This document shows positions 51,634 to 62,600 of a stretch of DNA of 64,000 nucleotides, piece after piece. The position numbers were made by a program, and so were the translations under genes. The notes under the pieces are model-generated. The model did no database searches. It was not told the origin of the DNA and worked only from the letters and a program-made list of their open reading frames with translations. The DNA comes from an uncultured Planctomycetaceae bacterium (lineage in GTDB: Bacteria > Planctomycetota > Planctomycetia > Pirellulales > JAEUIK01). The stretch's first letter is position 1. Every line of letters begins with the position of its first letter. The stretch covers positions 11,323 through 75,322 of the forward strand of contig CAZBWM010000012.1 in the NCBI GenBank assembly GCA_964495375.1, in the 5' to 3' direction.

Positions 51634-53754
51634 ATGAGTCGCACTCTGCGCGCCGTGGTCGTGGCGCTAGTCGCCGTTACCTGGAACAACCTGGCGTGGG
51701 CGGCCGCGCCGCTCGATGCCGGCGCCGTGCGGCAGTTGATCAATAAGCTCGATCTGCGGGCCGTCGAATTGCCGGCCGAGAGCCAACTCGCCGAACAAAG
51801 CCCCGGCTTGGTTCGCGCGGTGGCGCCGCTTTCGATTCAAAAGACGTACGACAAACTGCTGGCTCAGCTCCTCGCCCAGAACTGGCAGCTCTTGCGAGTG
51901 CCTGGCTCGCCGCAGGTAACCGCCGAATATGCGCAAGCATTCTTTGAGCGCGAAGGGTGTCAGCTCTCGCTGTCGCTTTATCCCGAAAATGCCGAGCCGG
52001 GCACGACGAACCTCACGCTGCAAAACACCGGGCCGCTCGACACCCGCAAGTTGCCGCGCCTACCAAACACCAGCGTGGTCTACGAGAGCCGGCCGCTGAC
52101 GATCCTCTCGACCACGGCCACGGTGCCGGCCGCCGTCGAAGCATGCCGAGAGCAATTGCGCGCCGCGGGCTGGCAAGAATATGGACCGGCCGACGCCGCG
52201 GTGGTCGAGAACGCCGACCAGCAATCGGTCGACTTCCGCTGCGGCCCGGTCGTGGTTTCGGTGTTCATCGGCGTCGCGCCTGCTCAAGGGGGTAAGACCA
52301 CGCTGAACTATTCAAGCCATCTGCTGGAGAGCGAACTGCCGTGGCCGGCCGACGTGGCAAAGGGCGACTTCAGCGAACATGGACCGACGCTGCGGACGAC
52401 CAGCTCGATGAAGCTTGACGAGCTGGTGCGCTGGTATGGTCGCGAGATGAAACCGCTTGGCTTTGAGCCCAACGCCGGCTGGATTCAGGTTCACGAGAAG
52501 TCGGCTCAGATCGCGTACACGCAGTTCAACACGCCGCAGCGAAACCTGCTGCTGCGGCTGGCGACGACCGACGCGGGGACCAAGATCGACATCGAGGCGA
52601 TCTCTTCCGAGACGCTGGTGCAGTTGGCGCGCGATGCGATTGATGCCGAGCGCCCGGCGCTGGCCGAGCAATCGGGCCAGGCCGAGGCCGACATGCCGGC
52701 GGAAGAGGGAGCGGAAGTTGCGGAGGCACCCGCACTCAACGCCCGCGATATTCCGCTACCTGCCAACGCCGAGGGAGTGCACTTTGACGAAGAGGAGATG
52801 GAGATCACGCTGGCGAGCGAAACGGCGATCCGCGATCTGGTCGCGTTCTTTCGCAAGGCGCTCGTCGGCGAAACGTGGAAGGAGAATCGCGCGTTCTCGG
52901 TCGTGACTCCGCAGGCCGGCTCGTTCGAGTTCGAAGGGCCCGGCGGCGCTTCGCTGCGATTCCTGTTGATCAACACCGGCTTGGGAGATGGCACGTCGAT
53001 CACGATCAGCGTCTCGGGCATGTCGATGGCGAAGAACGCACGGCGCGCGGGGAGCAAACCGCCGGTTGCTGAAGCGAATACGGACGAAGGTGGTGAACCC
53101 CTCGCTGAACAGCCGCTTGCCGAGGAGACACCTGCCGAGCCAGCGCCGACGGACGAGCCACTGCAAGCCGAGGATAAAGAGGGGCTGCCCGTCCCGACCA
53201 ATTACACAAGCTTCGGCACGGAGAAGACACCATTCCGGCGCACGATCATGGCGGCCACACCAGCGCCGCTAGCCAAGGTGGTCGACTTCTATCGAGAGCA
53301 CCTGACTAAAGCTGGCTGGAAAGAAGACGCCAAAATCGCGGAGCAGCAGGAGTCGTCGGCGCATCTGGTTTTCACCGGGCAAAGCGGCACGCTGCACGTG
53401 CGGTTGAGCGTCGCCAACGAAGAAACGCAGATCGAGCTGGCCACTCGCTCGGCGGCGGCCGCCAAGAAGGCGGGCATCTTGCCGAAGCCGGGTCAGGCCC
53501 GCGTGATCTTCGGCAACCCCGGCGAGAAGCAAGTTAAAGTGACGCTGGGGGGCAAGTCGTTCACGCTCAAGCCAGGGACCGGCGCGAAGAAGCCGGATGG
53601 GCCGTCGCTCGATCTGAAGCCGGGCAAGTATAAGGTGAAAGTCGAAGCGACGGGCGAGCCGGCGGTGACTGAAGAAGTTGAAGTTTCGGCCGACGGGACC
53701 TGGGCCGTGATGGTGGGGACGGAGCTGGGCGTGCTGGCGCTGCAAGTGTATTGA
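51634..53754 (+). CDS. secreted protein of unknown function built from about 5 repeated modules plus a C-terminal beta-sandwich-like domain
   Basis: RBS gagagagga. Signal peptide RAVVVALVAVTWNNLAWAAAP. Recurrent module signature hxxFY/YxxxLxxxGW (YDKLLAQLLAQNWQ, ACREQLRAAGWQ, WYGREMKPLGFE, FFRKALVGETWK, FYREHLTKAGWK). Acidic linkers. Confidence 0.6.
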   Translation: MSRTLRAVVVALVAVTWNNLAWAAAPLDAGAVRQLINKLDLRAVELPAESQLAEQSPGLVRAVAPLSIQKTYDKLLAQLLAQNWQLLRVPGSPQVTAEYAQAFFEREGCQLSLSLYPENAEPGTTNLTLQNTGPLDTRKLPRLPNTSVVYESRPLTILSTTATVPAAVEACREQLRAAGWQEYGPADAAVVENADQQSVDFRCGPVVVSVFIGVAPAQGGKTTLNYSSHLLESELPWPADVAKGDFSEHGPTLRTTSSMKLDELVRWYGREMKPLGFEPNAGWIQVHEKSAQIAYTQFNTPQRNLLLRLATTDAGTKIDIEAISSETLVQLARDAIDAERPALAEQSGQAEADMPAEEGAEVAEAPALNARDIPLPANAEGVHFDEEEMEITLASETAIRDLVAFFRKALVGETWKENRAFSVVTPQAGSFEFEGPGGASLRFLLINTGLGDGTSITISVSGMSMAKNARRAGSKPPVAEANTDEGGEPLAEQPLAEETPAEPAPTDEPLQAEDKEGLPVPTNYTSFGTEKTPFRRTIMAATPAPLAKVVDFYREHLTKAGWKEDAKIAEQQESSAHLVFTGQSGTLHVRLSVANEETQIELATRSAAAAKKAGILPKPGQARVIFGNPGEKQVKVTLGGKSFTLKPGTGAKKPDGPSLDLKPGKYKVKVEATGEPAVTEEVEVSADGTWAVMVGTELGVLALQVY

Positions 53755-53797
53755 GCGCATGTTCTGTAGCAGAACAAGGCGCTGCTAGAATCACGGT

Positions 53798-54076
53798 ATG
53801 CCCCGCCTTCGATGCACCCGTGCGCAAGCAGAAGCCGAAGCGATTCGCCTGGCCGAAGAGTTCTTGCTGACCATTCCGAAGACGTCGGAGTACCGATTTC
53901 GCGGTGCTCGGCCCGACACTTCCTTGCCCCGAACGAACAGCGGGAAGATTCCGGCTGTGTGGTGCATCGCGTTTCAATGGCAACCACCGGATGGCTCAAC
54001 AGTGGACGGTTGCGAGCTGTTCATTCGCGTGAACGTTCAGACGAAAGTGGCGGAGGAGGTTCCAAACTCCGTCTAA
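53798..54076 (+). CDS. hypothetical 92-aa protein
   Basis: ORF 43 nt after the previous gene on the same strand. No motif recognised. Confidence 0.4.
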   Translation: MPRLRCTRAQAEAEAIRLAEEFLLTIPKTSEYRFRGARPDTSLPRTNSGKIPAVWCIAFQWQPPDGSTVDGCELFIRVNVQTKVAEEVPNSV

Positions 54077-54080
54077 GGAA

Positions 54081-55583
54081 TCACGCCAGCAGATCGCGGA
54101 TCACGTGTCCGTGGACGTTGGTCAGGCGGCGCTGGATGCCGTTGTGGTAGAAGGTCAACCGTTCGTGATCGATGCCCAACAGGTGCAACACCGTGGCGTG
54201 GAAGTCGTGCCAAGTGGTCGGTTTGTCGACGGCCTTGTAGCCGATGTCGTCGGTCGCCCCGTAGCTTGTGCCTGACTTGAGCCCCGCGCCGGCCAGCCAG
54301 ACCGTGAAACCATATTGGTTATGATCGCGCCCCGTGCCGACGATATCCGAGGCCGACTGCGTGAAGGGGGTGCGGCCGAACTCCGTGGTGAACAGCACCA
54401 GCGTGTCGTCGAGCAAGCCGCGCTGGCGTAGATCGGTCAAGAGGCCCGCGACGGGCTGATCGATGCGCGGCGCTTCGCGCCCGTGGTTCTCGAGCATGTC
54501 TTCGTGACCGTCCCAGTTGATGCGCGGGGAGCCGAACGATCCGCCGGAGAACAACTGCACGAAGCGGACGCCGCGCTCCAACAACCGCCGCGCAAGCAGG
54601 CAGCCGCGGCCAAAGTCGGCGGACTGGGGTTTATCGAGCCCGTAGAGCGCGTGCGTGGCGGCCGTCTCGCGCTCGATGCCGGCGACCTCGGGGACGGCCA
54701 ACTGCATGCGGGCGGCCAGCTCGTAGCTGCGGATACGCGAGGCCAACGCGTCTTCTTCACCGCGCTCGGCCAGGTGCCGGCGATTGAGTTCGGCCAGCAG
54801 CGTGCGCGTCGCCTGCTCGCGCTCGGGCGCCATGGCCACGGCCGGCTCGAGATCGTCGATCGGCGCGCCGCGGCTGCGGAGCGTGACCCCTTGATGCCGG
54901 GCGGGCAAGAAACCACTCGACCAGTTGATGGCGCCGCCGGCCGGATAGCCGCGCGCGTCGGGGATCACGACGTAGGCGGGCAGGTCGTCGCTGTCGTTCC
55001 CCAGCCCGTAGGAAAGCCAGGCCCCCGCGGTCGGAAATCCGTTCAGCCGAAAGCCGGTGTTCTCCTGGAATGTGGCGGGCGTGTGGTTCGACGTTTCGGC
55101 GACCATCGAGTGAATGATCGTCAGCTCATCAGCCTTGGTGGCCATCTGCGGAAACAATTCGGAGACCCACAGGCCGCTATTGCCGCGCTGCTGGAACTGC
55201 CAATCGGGCTTCCGCAACAGGCCGACCTGGCCGAAGAAAACGTCGGGTTTTTCGTCGCTCGTCAGCGGCTTGCCGTGCAACTTGCCCAGCAGCGGCTTGT
55301 GATCGAACGAATCGATGTGGCTGAGCGCGCCGCACAGGCAGATATGGATAACGCGTCGGGCGCGCGGCGGGTGATGGGGTGGCAGATCGGCAGCCTCGCC
55401 CGGGATGGCGGCGCGCGATTGGTTTGTGCCGGAGGTCAGCAGGGAGAGAGCCGCGATACTGCCAAGCCCTCGACTCGCGAAGGAGAGGAAGCCGCGACGG
55501 TCGATCGCGGGCGCAAGGTTCGCTGCGCCACGGCGCGATAGCGCACCTGGCTCGGCAGGATTTCGTTCACGATCAATCGACAT
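54081..55583 (-). CDS. DUF1501 (sulfatase-like) domain protein with Tat signal
   Basis: ATG 55583 (MSIDRER..) within ORF 54081..55772. Twin-arginine DRRGFLSFASRGLGSIAAL. Overlaps the upstream DUF1549/1553 gene by 11 nt. HICLCGALSHIDSFDHKP and FTTEFGRTP are family-typical. Confidence 0.85.
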   Translation of the reverse strand: MSIDRERNPAEPGALSRRGAANLAPAIDRRGFLSFASRGLGSIAALSLLTSGTNQSRAAIPGEAADLPPHHPPRARRVIHICLCGALSHIDSFDHKPLLGKLHGKPLTSDEKPDVFFGQVGLLRKPDWQFQQRGNSGLWVSELFPQMATKADELTIIHSMVAETSNHTPATFQENTGFRLNGFPTAGAWLSYGLGNDSDDLPAYVVIPDARGYPAGGAINWSSGFLPARHQGVTLRSRGAPIDDLEPAVAMAPEREQATRTLLAELNRRHLAERGEEDALASRIRSYELAARMQLAVPEVAGIERETAATHALYGLDKPQSADFGRGCLLARRLLERGVRFVQLFSGGSFGSPRINWDGHEDMLENHGREAPRIDQPVAGLLTDLRQRGLLDDTLVLFTTEFGRTPFTQSASDIVGTGRDHNQYGFTVWLAGAGLKSGTSYGATDDIGYKAVDKPTTWHDFHATVLHLLGIDHERLTFYHNGIQRRLTNVHGHVIRDLLA

Positions 55584-58578
55584 ACAAAAACTCGTTGCTG
55601 TTGAATAACACGCGGGCCAGGGTCGCGAGCCCTTCGCGCTCGACCAGGTCGACGGCGAGCCGCGCTTCGTCCGCATCGGGCGATCGGCCATACACCAGCG
55701 CCAGCATGCGGTTGACCTGTGCCGAGGAATTCTCACCTGCTTCGCCACGTACGCGCTCGGCCAACGCGTCACTCATGCGCAGCACGAATGAGTTGTTCAA
55801 GAGCGCGAGCGCTTGCAGGGGGGTAGTCGTGATCGCGCGGCGCGGCGTAGTGGTCGACGGATCGGGACAATCGAAGGCGTCGAGAAGGCCGCCGCGACCG
55901 CCGCGCATGGCCGTGCGATAAATGGTGCGCCGCTCGAACTGGGGGCCCTCTCGGTCGGCCGGTAGATATGACCAGGTGCCGGCGCGATTGAGCTCCTGAT
56001 AGTCGGCGAAACCTGGGCCGCCGCCTGCGTGTTGCAAACGGTCGGCCGCCACGAGCATGGCGTCGCGGAGTGACTCGGCTTCGAGCCTTTGAGGAGTGCG
56101 TCGCCAGAGCCAGCGATTCTCGCGATCGACGGCTAGCGCGTCGCCGCGCGGCTTGGACTGCTGGCGGTACGTGGCACTGGTGACCAGCAGGCGATGCAGT
56201 TCCTTCAGGCGATAACCGCCCTGAGCGAGCTCGGTCGCGAGCCAGTCGAGCAACTCGGGATGCGTCGGTCGACCGCCGTTGAAGCCAAAGTCGTTCGGCG
56301 TGTCGACCAGGCCGACGCCGAAATGATAGTGCCAGAGGCGGTTGACGATCACCCGGGCGAAGAGCGGGTTGTCGCGATGCGTGATCCAACGGGCGAGCGC
56401 CGCGCGGCGCTCGGCTTCGGGGGAATCGGGGACGAGCGCGAAATCGCTGCTGGGCCCGGTGACCGCGGCGACCCCGCCGGCTGCGACCGCTTCGGCCGGC
56501 TGGCGCGTATCGCCGCGCTTCAGCAAGTGCGTCGCTTCGGGCTGCTCGGGCGTGCAAGCGTAGAGCATGCGCGCGGGGGGCGCTTCAAGCTTCGCGCGCG
56601 CGGCGCTTAGTTGTTCGACCAGCGCGGCGCGGCGGCCGGCGGTGTCGGCATCAAGCTGTGCGATGATGGCGGCCGTGGAGACTTCGTCACCGGCTGCGGC
56701 AACGTCGGCGGCCGTGAGTGCGCGGTCATACAACTCGGCCTGGAGGATTTCCCCCTTGAGCAGCCGATTGCCCCCGGCTGGCGTGTGCCGCAATCCGAAC
56801 ACGATTTGCGCTTGGCCGGCGGCGAACAGCACCGGCTCGGCGGCGCGATACGGGCGACCATAAGGGGCGCCGTCGCGATAAGCGGTGATCGTACCATCGG
56901 CTGCGTAAGTGATCGTGACGCGCACGGGGCGCTCGGCTGCAGCCGTTTCGGCAGGGCCACTGAAGCTTTGCGTGCGGGCGAAGTTGTTGCTGCCGGAGAG
57001 CCACTCACCGGGCTGCTGTTCGCCGAACACCACGGCATCGAACGATTGGCCATCGAGCGATTGAATGCTGATGGCCGCGCCACCTTGCTGCTGAAGATCG
57101 ACCAGGCGAACCCAGGCTTGCAGCGTTTTGGCGCGGATGTCGTGCGTGAGAGGGATGGTCGCGGCGAAGCCCGACTGACCGTCGACCACCAGCGCGCCGT
57201 CGCGCAGCTCGGCGGCGCCGTGCGTTTTGATCGGGAGCCCGCCTAAGGCGTCGGTCAGATCGTCGAAGTCCCAGCGGGCAATCGGCCGAGGGCGCTGGCC
57301 GTCGGGCGGGTGCTTCGTGGTCGATAGCTTCTGCCGCACGGGCCCGTCGATCGCTTCGATCTCGGCCAGCAGGCGTTCGACGTCTTGGCGCGCGGCGAGC
57401 AACTGCTGCTCGATGGTCGCCCGCTCGGCCGGGGTTGTGATGTCGCGCTTACCGTGCCGAACGCCCGAGAGTGCTGAGACGAAACGGTAATACTCTTCTT
57501 GCCGCAAGGGATCGAACTTGTGGTCGTGGCAGCGAGCGCAGTTGAGCGTCAGGCCGAGAAACGATTGCGCGACGGTGCCGACGAGGTCTTCCATTTCGTC
57601 TTGGCGGACGACAGCCCGCATCGCCGCGCTTTGCTGATTCTGGCCAGGCGTGTCGTAGGGGCCGGCGACGAGAAAGGCGGAAGCGGTAATGGCAGCCGGG
57701 TCGTCGGGCTGGAGCACGTCGCCGGCGATCTGCAGCCGGCAGAATTCGTCGTACGGGAGGTCGCTGTTGAGCGCGGCGATCACCCAATCGCGATAGGGCC
57801 AGGCGTCGCGGCGCGGCTCGTCGTATTCGAAACCGTTCGATTCGGCGAAGCGGACGACGTCGAGCCAGTGCCGAGCCCAACGCTCGCCATAGCGGGGCGA
57901 GTCGAGCAACCGCGTCACCAGATTGTCGTAGGCGGCCGGATCGCTGTCGGCCGCCAAGGCGGCAACTTCCTCGGGCGTTGGCGGCAAGCCAATCAGATCG
58001 AAGTAGAGCCGGCGAATGAGCACCGCGCGCGACGCGGGGGGGGATGGCGCGAGCCCGGCTTGATCAAGCCGCGCGAGCACGAAGCGATCGACGGCATTGC
58101 GCGGCCACGCTTCGTCGGCAACTACCGGCAGCGAAGGCGAAGCGATTGGTTGCAGCGACCACCAGTCGTAGCCGGCCCGGCGATCGGTCGTGAACCGGAA
58201 GCGATCGATGGGGTCGGTCCCCCACGGGGCGCCCGCTTCGATCCACTCGCGGAGCAGTTGTTTGTCGGCATCAGGGAGCGGGCCGCGTGGCGGCATTTCG
58301 CCATCGGCCAGGCGTTGCCAGAGATAGCTGCCTGCGGTGTCGCCTGGCACAAGCGACTGGCCCGATTCCCCCCCAGCAAGCGCCGCAGTGTGGCCGGTCA
58401 GGTCGAGCTCCCCTTTTTTGTCCGAGGGGTTGTGGCACTCGAGGCAGTGTCGGGCGAGGAGGGGAGCGATTTGGCGATCGAAGCGGGCGGCGTCCCAATC
58501 GGCGGCCGAGGCCATCGCCGGCAGCGCAGTCGCCAGCGAGGCGATTGTCGTCAGCACGATGCTCAGGCGAACTCGCAT
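55573..58578 (-). CDS. planctomycete cytochrome c (PSCyt) + DUF1549 + DUF1553 (PSD1) protein
   Basis: Signal peptide. FDRQIAPLLARHCLECHNPSDKKGELDL. DRFVLARLDQAGLAPSP (DUF1549). CARCHDHKFDP (DUF1553). 1001 aa. Confidence 0.85.
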   Translation of the reverse strand: MRVRLSIVLTTIASLATALPAMASAADWDAARFDRQIAPLLARHCLECHNPSDKKGELDLTGHTAALAGGESGQSLVPGDTAGSYLWQRLADGEMPPRGPLPDADKQLLREWIEAGAPWGTDPIDRFRFTTDRRAGYDWWSLQPIASPSLPVVADEAWPRNAVDRFVLARLDQAGLAPSPPASRAVLIRRLYFDLIGLPPTPEEVAALAADSDPAAYDNLVTRLLDSPRYGERWARHWLDVVRFAESNGFEYDEPRRDAWPYRDWVIAALNSDLPYDEFCRLQIAGDVLQPDDPAAITASAFLVAGPYDTPGQNQQSAAMRAVVRQDEMEDLVGTVAQSFLGLTLNCARCHDHKFDPLRQEEYYRFVSALSGVRHGKRDITTPAERATIEQQLLAARQDVERLLAEIEAIDGPVRQKLSTTKHPPDGQRPRPIARWDFDDLTDALGGLPIKTHGAAELRDGALVVDGQSGFAATIPLTHDIRAKTLQAWVRLVDLQQQGGAAISIQSLDGQSFDAVVFGEQQPGEWLSGSNNFARTQSFSGPAETAAAERPVRVTITYAADGTITAYRDGAPYGRPYRAAEPVLFAAGQAQIVFGLRHTPAGGNRLLKGEILQAELYDRALTAADVAAAGDEVSTAAIIAQLDADTAGRRAALVEQLSAARAKLEAPPARMLYACTPEQPEATHLLKRGDTRQPAEAVAAGGVAAVTGPSSDFALVPDSPEAERRAALARWITHRDNPLFARVIVNRLWHYHFGVGLVDTPNDFGFNGGRPTHPELLDWLATELAQGGYRLKELHRLLVTSATYRQQSKPRGDALAVDRENRWLWRRTPQRLEAESLRDAMLVAADRLQHAGGGPGFADYQELNRAGTWSYLPADREGPQFERRTIYRTAMRGGRGGLLDAFDCPDPSTTTPRRAITTTPLQALALLNNSFVLRMSDALAERVRGEAGENSSAQVNRMLALVYGRSPDADEARLAVDLVEREGLATLARVLFNSNEFLYVD

Positions 58579-58714
58579 TGAATCACCGCGACGACGACGA
58601 TCGGTTCATTGGAAGTGCGACGGTGCTGGCCGTGGGTCGGCATCCGCGAATCAGCGTGCGTGAAATCCGCTGGCCTTTCGACCCCACATTCTACTGTGCT
58701 TTGCGGAACGACTT

Positions 58715-59584
58715 CTACGGTCCGGGCGTGGAACTGGTGGGAGCCCGGGATTTCCCCCGTTCGCGAATCGCGGTCTGCCGCCGCAAGCCCTTGGCGGTGA
58801 GCGTGGGGAGCACGTGGGCAGCCCAGGTGGGGAAGCAACTCGTCAACTTGGAGAGAAACCCGCGGCTCCAAGGGAGGATGATTTCGAGGCGGCCGCGCTC
58901 GAGCGCTTGTTCGACGATCGCCCGACCAACTTCTTCGACGCTGAGCAAGCGAGGGCCAGAAAAAGTAAGCGCCGCCTCTTGATAGTCGAGCTGCTTGTCG
59001 AGCATGGGGGTCTCAACGGCGTCGGGGTAGACGATGCTCACGCGCACGCCCAGCGGCGCGAGCTCCTGGGCGATCGCCAGCGAGAAACCACGAACGGCCC
59101 ACTTCGACGCCGTGTAAAGGGCCAACCCCGGCACGGCAGCCAGGGCGGCCATCGACGCCAGGTTGACGATTTGCCCGCTGCGCTGCGCGACCATGACAGC
59201 GGCGGCCGCCTGCGTTCCGTAGATCAATCCCTTGGCATTGATGTCGAGATGCCAGTCGATGTCGCGCGGCGATTGGGCGTGTACCTGTCCCGGCTGAATG
59301 ACGCCGGCCACGTTCAACAGCACGTCCAAGCGGCCCCAGGTGTCGATTGCGTGCTGGATGGTTTGCCGCCAGGCGGCGGAGTCGCGGACATCGAGCGCGG
59401 CGAGTCGTACGCGATCGGTGGGCCAAGTATCGTGGCGCGCGGCCGTCTCGAGGGCCGCGAGATCGATGTCGGTGGCCAGCAGGCGGTCACCGCGGGCAGC
59501 CAGCAGGCCGGTCAGATGTCGGCCGATGCCGCTGGCCGCACCGGAGAGGACCACGACCCGCGACGAAGCTGCAATGGGGGTCAT
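58715..59584 (-). CDS. short-chain dehydrogenase/reductase (SDR)
   Basis: VVVLSGAASGIGRHL (TGxxxGxG-type) and YTASKWAVRGF (YxxxK). Confidence 0.85.
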   Translation of the reverse strand: MTPIAASSRVVVLSGAASGIGRHLTGLLAARGDRLLATDIDLAALETAARHDTWPTDRVRLAALDVRDSAAWRQTIQHAIDTWGRLDVLLNVAGVIQPGQVHAQSPRDIDWHLDINAKGLIYGTQAAAAVMVAQRSGQIVNLASMAALAAVPGLALYTASKWAVRGFSLAIAQELAPLGVRVSIVYPDAVETPMLDKQLDYQEAALTFSGPRLLSVEEVGRAIVEQALERGRLEIILPWSRGFLSKLTSCFPTWAAHVLPTLTAKGLRRQTAIRERGKSRAPTSSTPGP

Positions 59585-59620
59585 GGGGAACGGGCCAGGC
59601 GGAAGAAACGGGCCAGCGGA

Positions 59621-62600
59621 TCAATCGATCGAGGTGAAGATCTCGCCGACTTTATCACGATTGATCTGATCGATAAGCAACGTGTAGAGGTACCAGTTCG
59701 GGCTACCGCTGGAATCGCCATACAACTGATCGATGGCGGCGTCGCCCGCGATGTTGATACCGGGCAGCAAGAAGTTGTTGCCGTTGCTGCGCGTGCCCGT
59801 GCCCAGGCCGAGGATATTGTCGACGCGCGTGGCGTAGTCGCGACCCGAAGTCCATTCGCTGAGGACCGAAAGCAGCGCGGATTGGCTCAACGAGGTGGTC
59901 CCGGAGACGATCACGCTTCCCTTTCCGCCTTCGGCGCCGTCGGCTTCCTGCGACGAGTAGACGACGTCGGCGCCACCGCCGGCGATGATCAGGTTGCGAC
60001 CCCCTTCTCCACCGTTCGACGCGACGGTTGCATACGAGCCATAGATGGTATCGCTCCCCGAGCCGCCGACAATCAGATTATTGCCGCCAACGGAGCCTTT
60101 GAGGCCCGCGATGCCGTTGCCGTAAATGGTGTTGGTGCCATTGCCGGCGATGATAATGTTATCGGCCTGGCGCCCCTCGGCGCCGTTGGAGCCGCCGATG
60201 AGGATATCGCCCGCGGCGCCACCATAGAGCGTGTTGGTGCCGGCGCCTCCGTCGAGCGTGGCTTGGGTGCTGGAGAGGGCACTGGCATTGAGCACGTCGC
60301 CGCCTGCGCCGCCGTTGGCGACTACGCGGCCGGTAATGCCCGAGATGGTCTCGGAATAGTTCGTGGCGACGCCGTTTTCTCGGAGCGTGACGACGCGAAT
60401 GGTCGTGGCGTCGATTTGCTCGAACTGCACCTCATCGGCGCCGGCGGTCCCAGTCCACGACAAGTCGAACTGACCGCTACTCTGCACCACTTGCACGGCG
60501 GTCACGGCGACATTGGTCGTGGCCGGGAGGCTGCTAACGCCATACGACGTGCTGGCCACCACGCTCACCACGTTCGCACCAACTTTGCTGAACGTATGGG
60601 TGACCTGCGTGCCGGAGGGGCCGCTGACGAGTTGAGGAGCGGAGCCATCGCCCCAATCGATCGTGAAGTCGAACGAGGTCGACGCGCCGTCGGAGGCGAC
60701 CAGGGTAAAAGTTTGCTGGCTATCGCGGAGGGCCGTGGCCGGTCCTTGGACTTCCGCGGTGGGGACTGCGACGGCGACAAAATCGGTGCCGTACACCGAC
60801 CAGCCAACGAAGGTCGTGACGCCCGGCGCCTGGTTCAGATTCAGCGTGAACCCGCTGGCGGTGACGTTCGAGGCCCAGGCCGACGTGGCGGCGCCCGGCG
60901 AGGAGGCGAAGGTGAGGTGAACGTTGGCCAAATCGGGCACGAGGGCCAAGGGGCTCGTAAAGGTGACCTGGACTGCAGTCTGGCCGGCGGTGATCGTGCT
61001 GAGCCCCGAGGTGTCGGTCATGCCAACTTCGAGGTCGGCGGTATCGACGGCCAGGTTGGCCGCGATCGTGGTGCCGGCATCAATGGCGCGGAAAATCCAG
61101 GGCTTCTTGCCGACCGTGAGGTTCGTGGCCCGGTTGCCGACGAACGTCGTGCCGACCGCGTCGATATCGACCATGGCCGCGGTGGCGACGCCGCCATCGG
61201 CGCGGAACAAGTTGCCGGTCACCTGATTGCCGGTTTGCGTGTTGGCGATTTGCAATACAGTCGCCGTCAGGTGGTTCTTGATCACAAAGCTGTTGTCGGC
61301 AATGGTGACGCCATCAACCGAGTAGCCGGGATCGGCATTGAGCAGGATGCCGGGGCGCCCGAGCAAGCCGAAGCTGTTGCCGACGATCGAGACGCCCGTG
61401 AGCGAAGTTGCGGCCGGGCCGACGATCGCCGGCCCGCTCTGTGCGGTGAAGTTGTTGTGCTCGATGAGGTTGCCGGCGCCAAACGAGCTACCCGGATGAG
61501 GCCCACCCGTCCAATCGGTACTGCTGAAGACGATATTGCCGACCGAGAAATCGAAGGTAATGACCCCCGGTGAGCCACTCTCCAAGCCGAAGTTATTGCT
61601 CGAAACCGTATTGTTGTTGCCGCGGATCACCAGTCCGGCCAGCGCAGGGGTGGCAGCGGTGGAGCCGTTGATGATGTTGCCGTAGATGGTGTTGCCGTTG
61701 TCGATAATCAGACCGAGCATCGCATTGCCGGTGAACACGTTCGCGCCGACGACGCTGTTTTGGATGCGCGCACCTTCGGTGGGCATCATCCCGAGCGTGT
61801 TGCTCGAAAAGTAATTCGAGAGAATCGTGGCGCCATCGAGATTGCCCGTGATCCCGATGATCGCGCCATTGAAGCGGCAGTTGACAATCTGTGGATCGCC
61901 ATTGACTTCGACGCCGACGTCGCCACCGCCGAACAGCGAGTTGGTCATCAGCGTCTGCTGTTCGTTGGCCGCTCCGCGATAGCCCACCTGGAAGCCGATG
62001 AACACGGAGTGGTCGATGTAGACGTTGGTCAGCGGGCCGTTAACGTTGCTGAAGTTGACGCCCACGGTGTCTTTGGTGACCTTGCCGTTTAAGGTCAAGT
62101 CGAGGAAACCGGCGCGGTCGAAGGCCGCGGCGGGCGCAGCGCGAAACATGTCGCTGGTGGCCGCGGCGCCTTGCGTGAGTAGGCTGACGTTGGCGCCGTC
62201 TCCTTGGAAATAAACGCCCGGCAAGAGCGTCAAGGTGTCGTTGAGCGTGTAATTCCCTCTGGGGAAGTAAACGATCCCTCCGCCGGCCGCGTACGCCGCG
62301 TTGATGGCGGCGGTGACTTCAGGGGAATCGTTGTGCCCGCCGGATCCCCAGGCACCGTAGTCCTTGACGTTGAACACCGGAAGCGCCGACAAATCGGGAA
62401 TCGGTAGCGGCGGTAAGGTTGCCGACGCGAGTCCCTCGTCCGGGGGCAGGGCGGCGGACGCCACGCCCGTGAAGGCCTGATCGGCGACCGACCAGGCGAC
62501 TTGAATGCTGCCTGTCCCGGGGGCCTGATTCAAATTCAGCACAAAGCCCTGGGCGGTGATGCTGCTGATCCACAGCGCGGTGGTGTTCCCGGGATTGCCG

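Noticed and set aside
58814-61573. 919-aa plus-strand ORF across the SDR gene and the 3' part of the giant gene
   Set aside because: It is antisense to two genes with strong motifs (TGxxxGxG/YxxxK, RTX repeats). Its composition is Gly/Arg/Asp/Ala-rich and repetitive.
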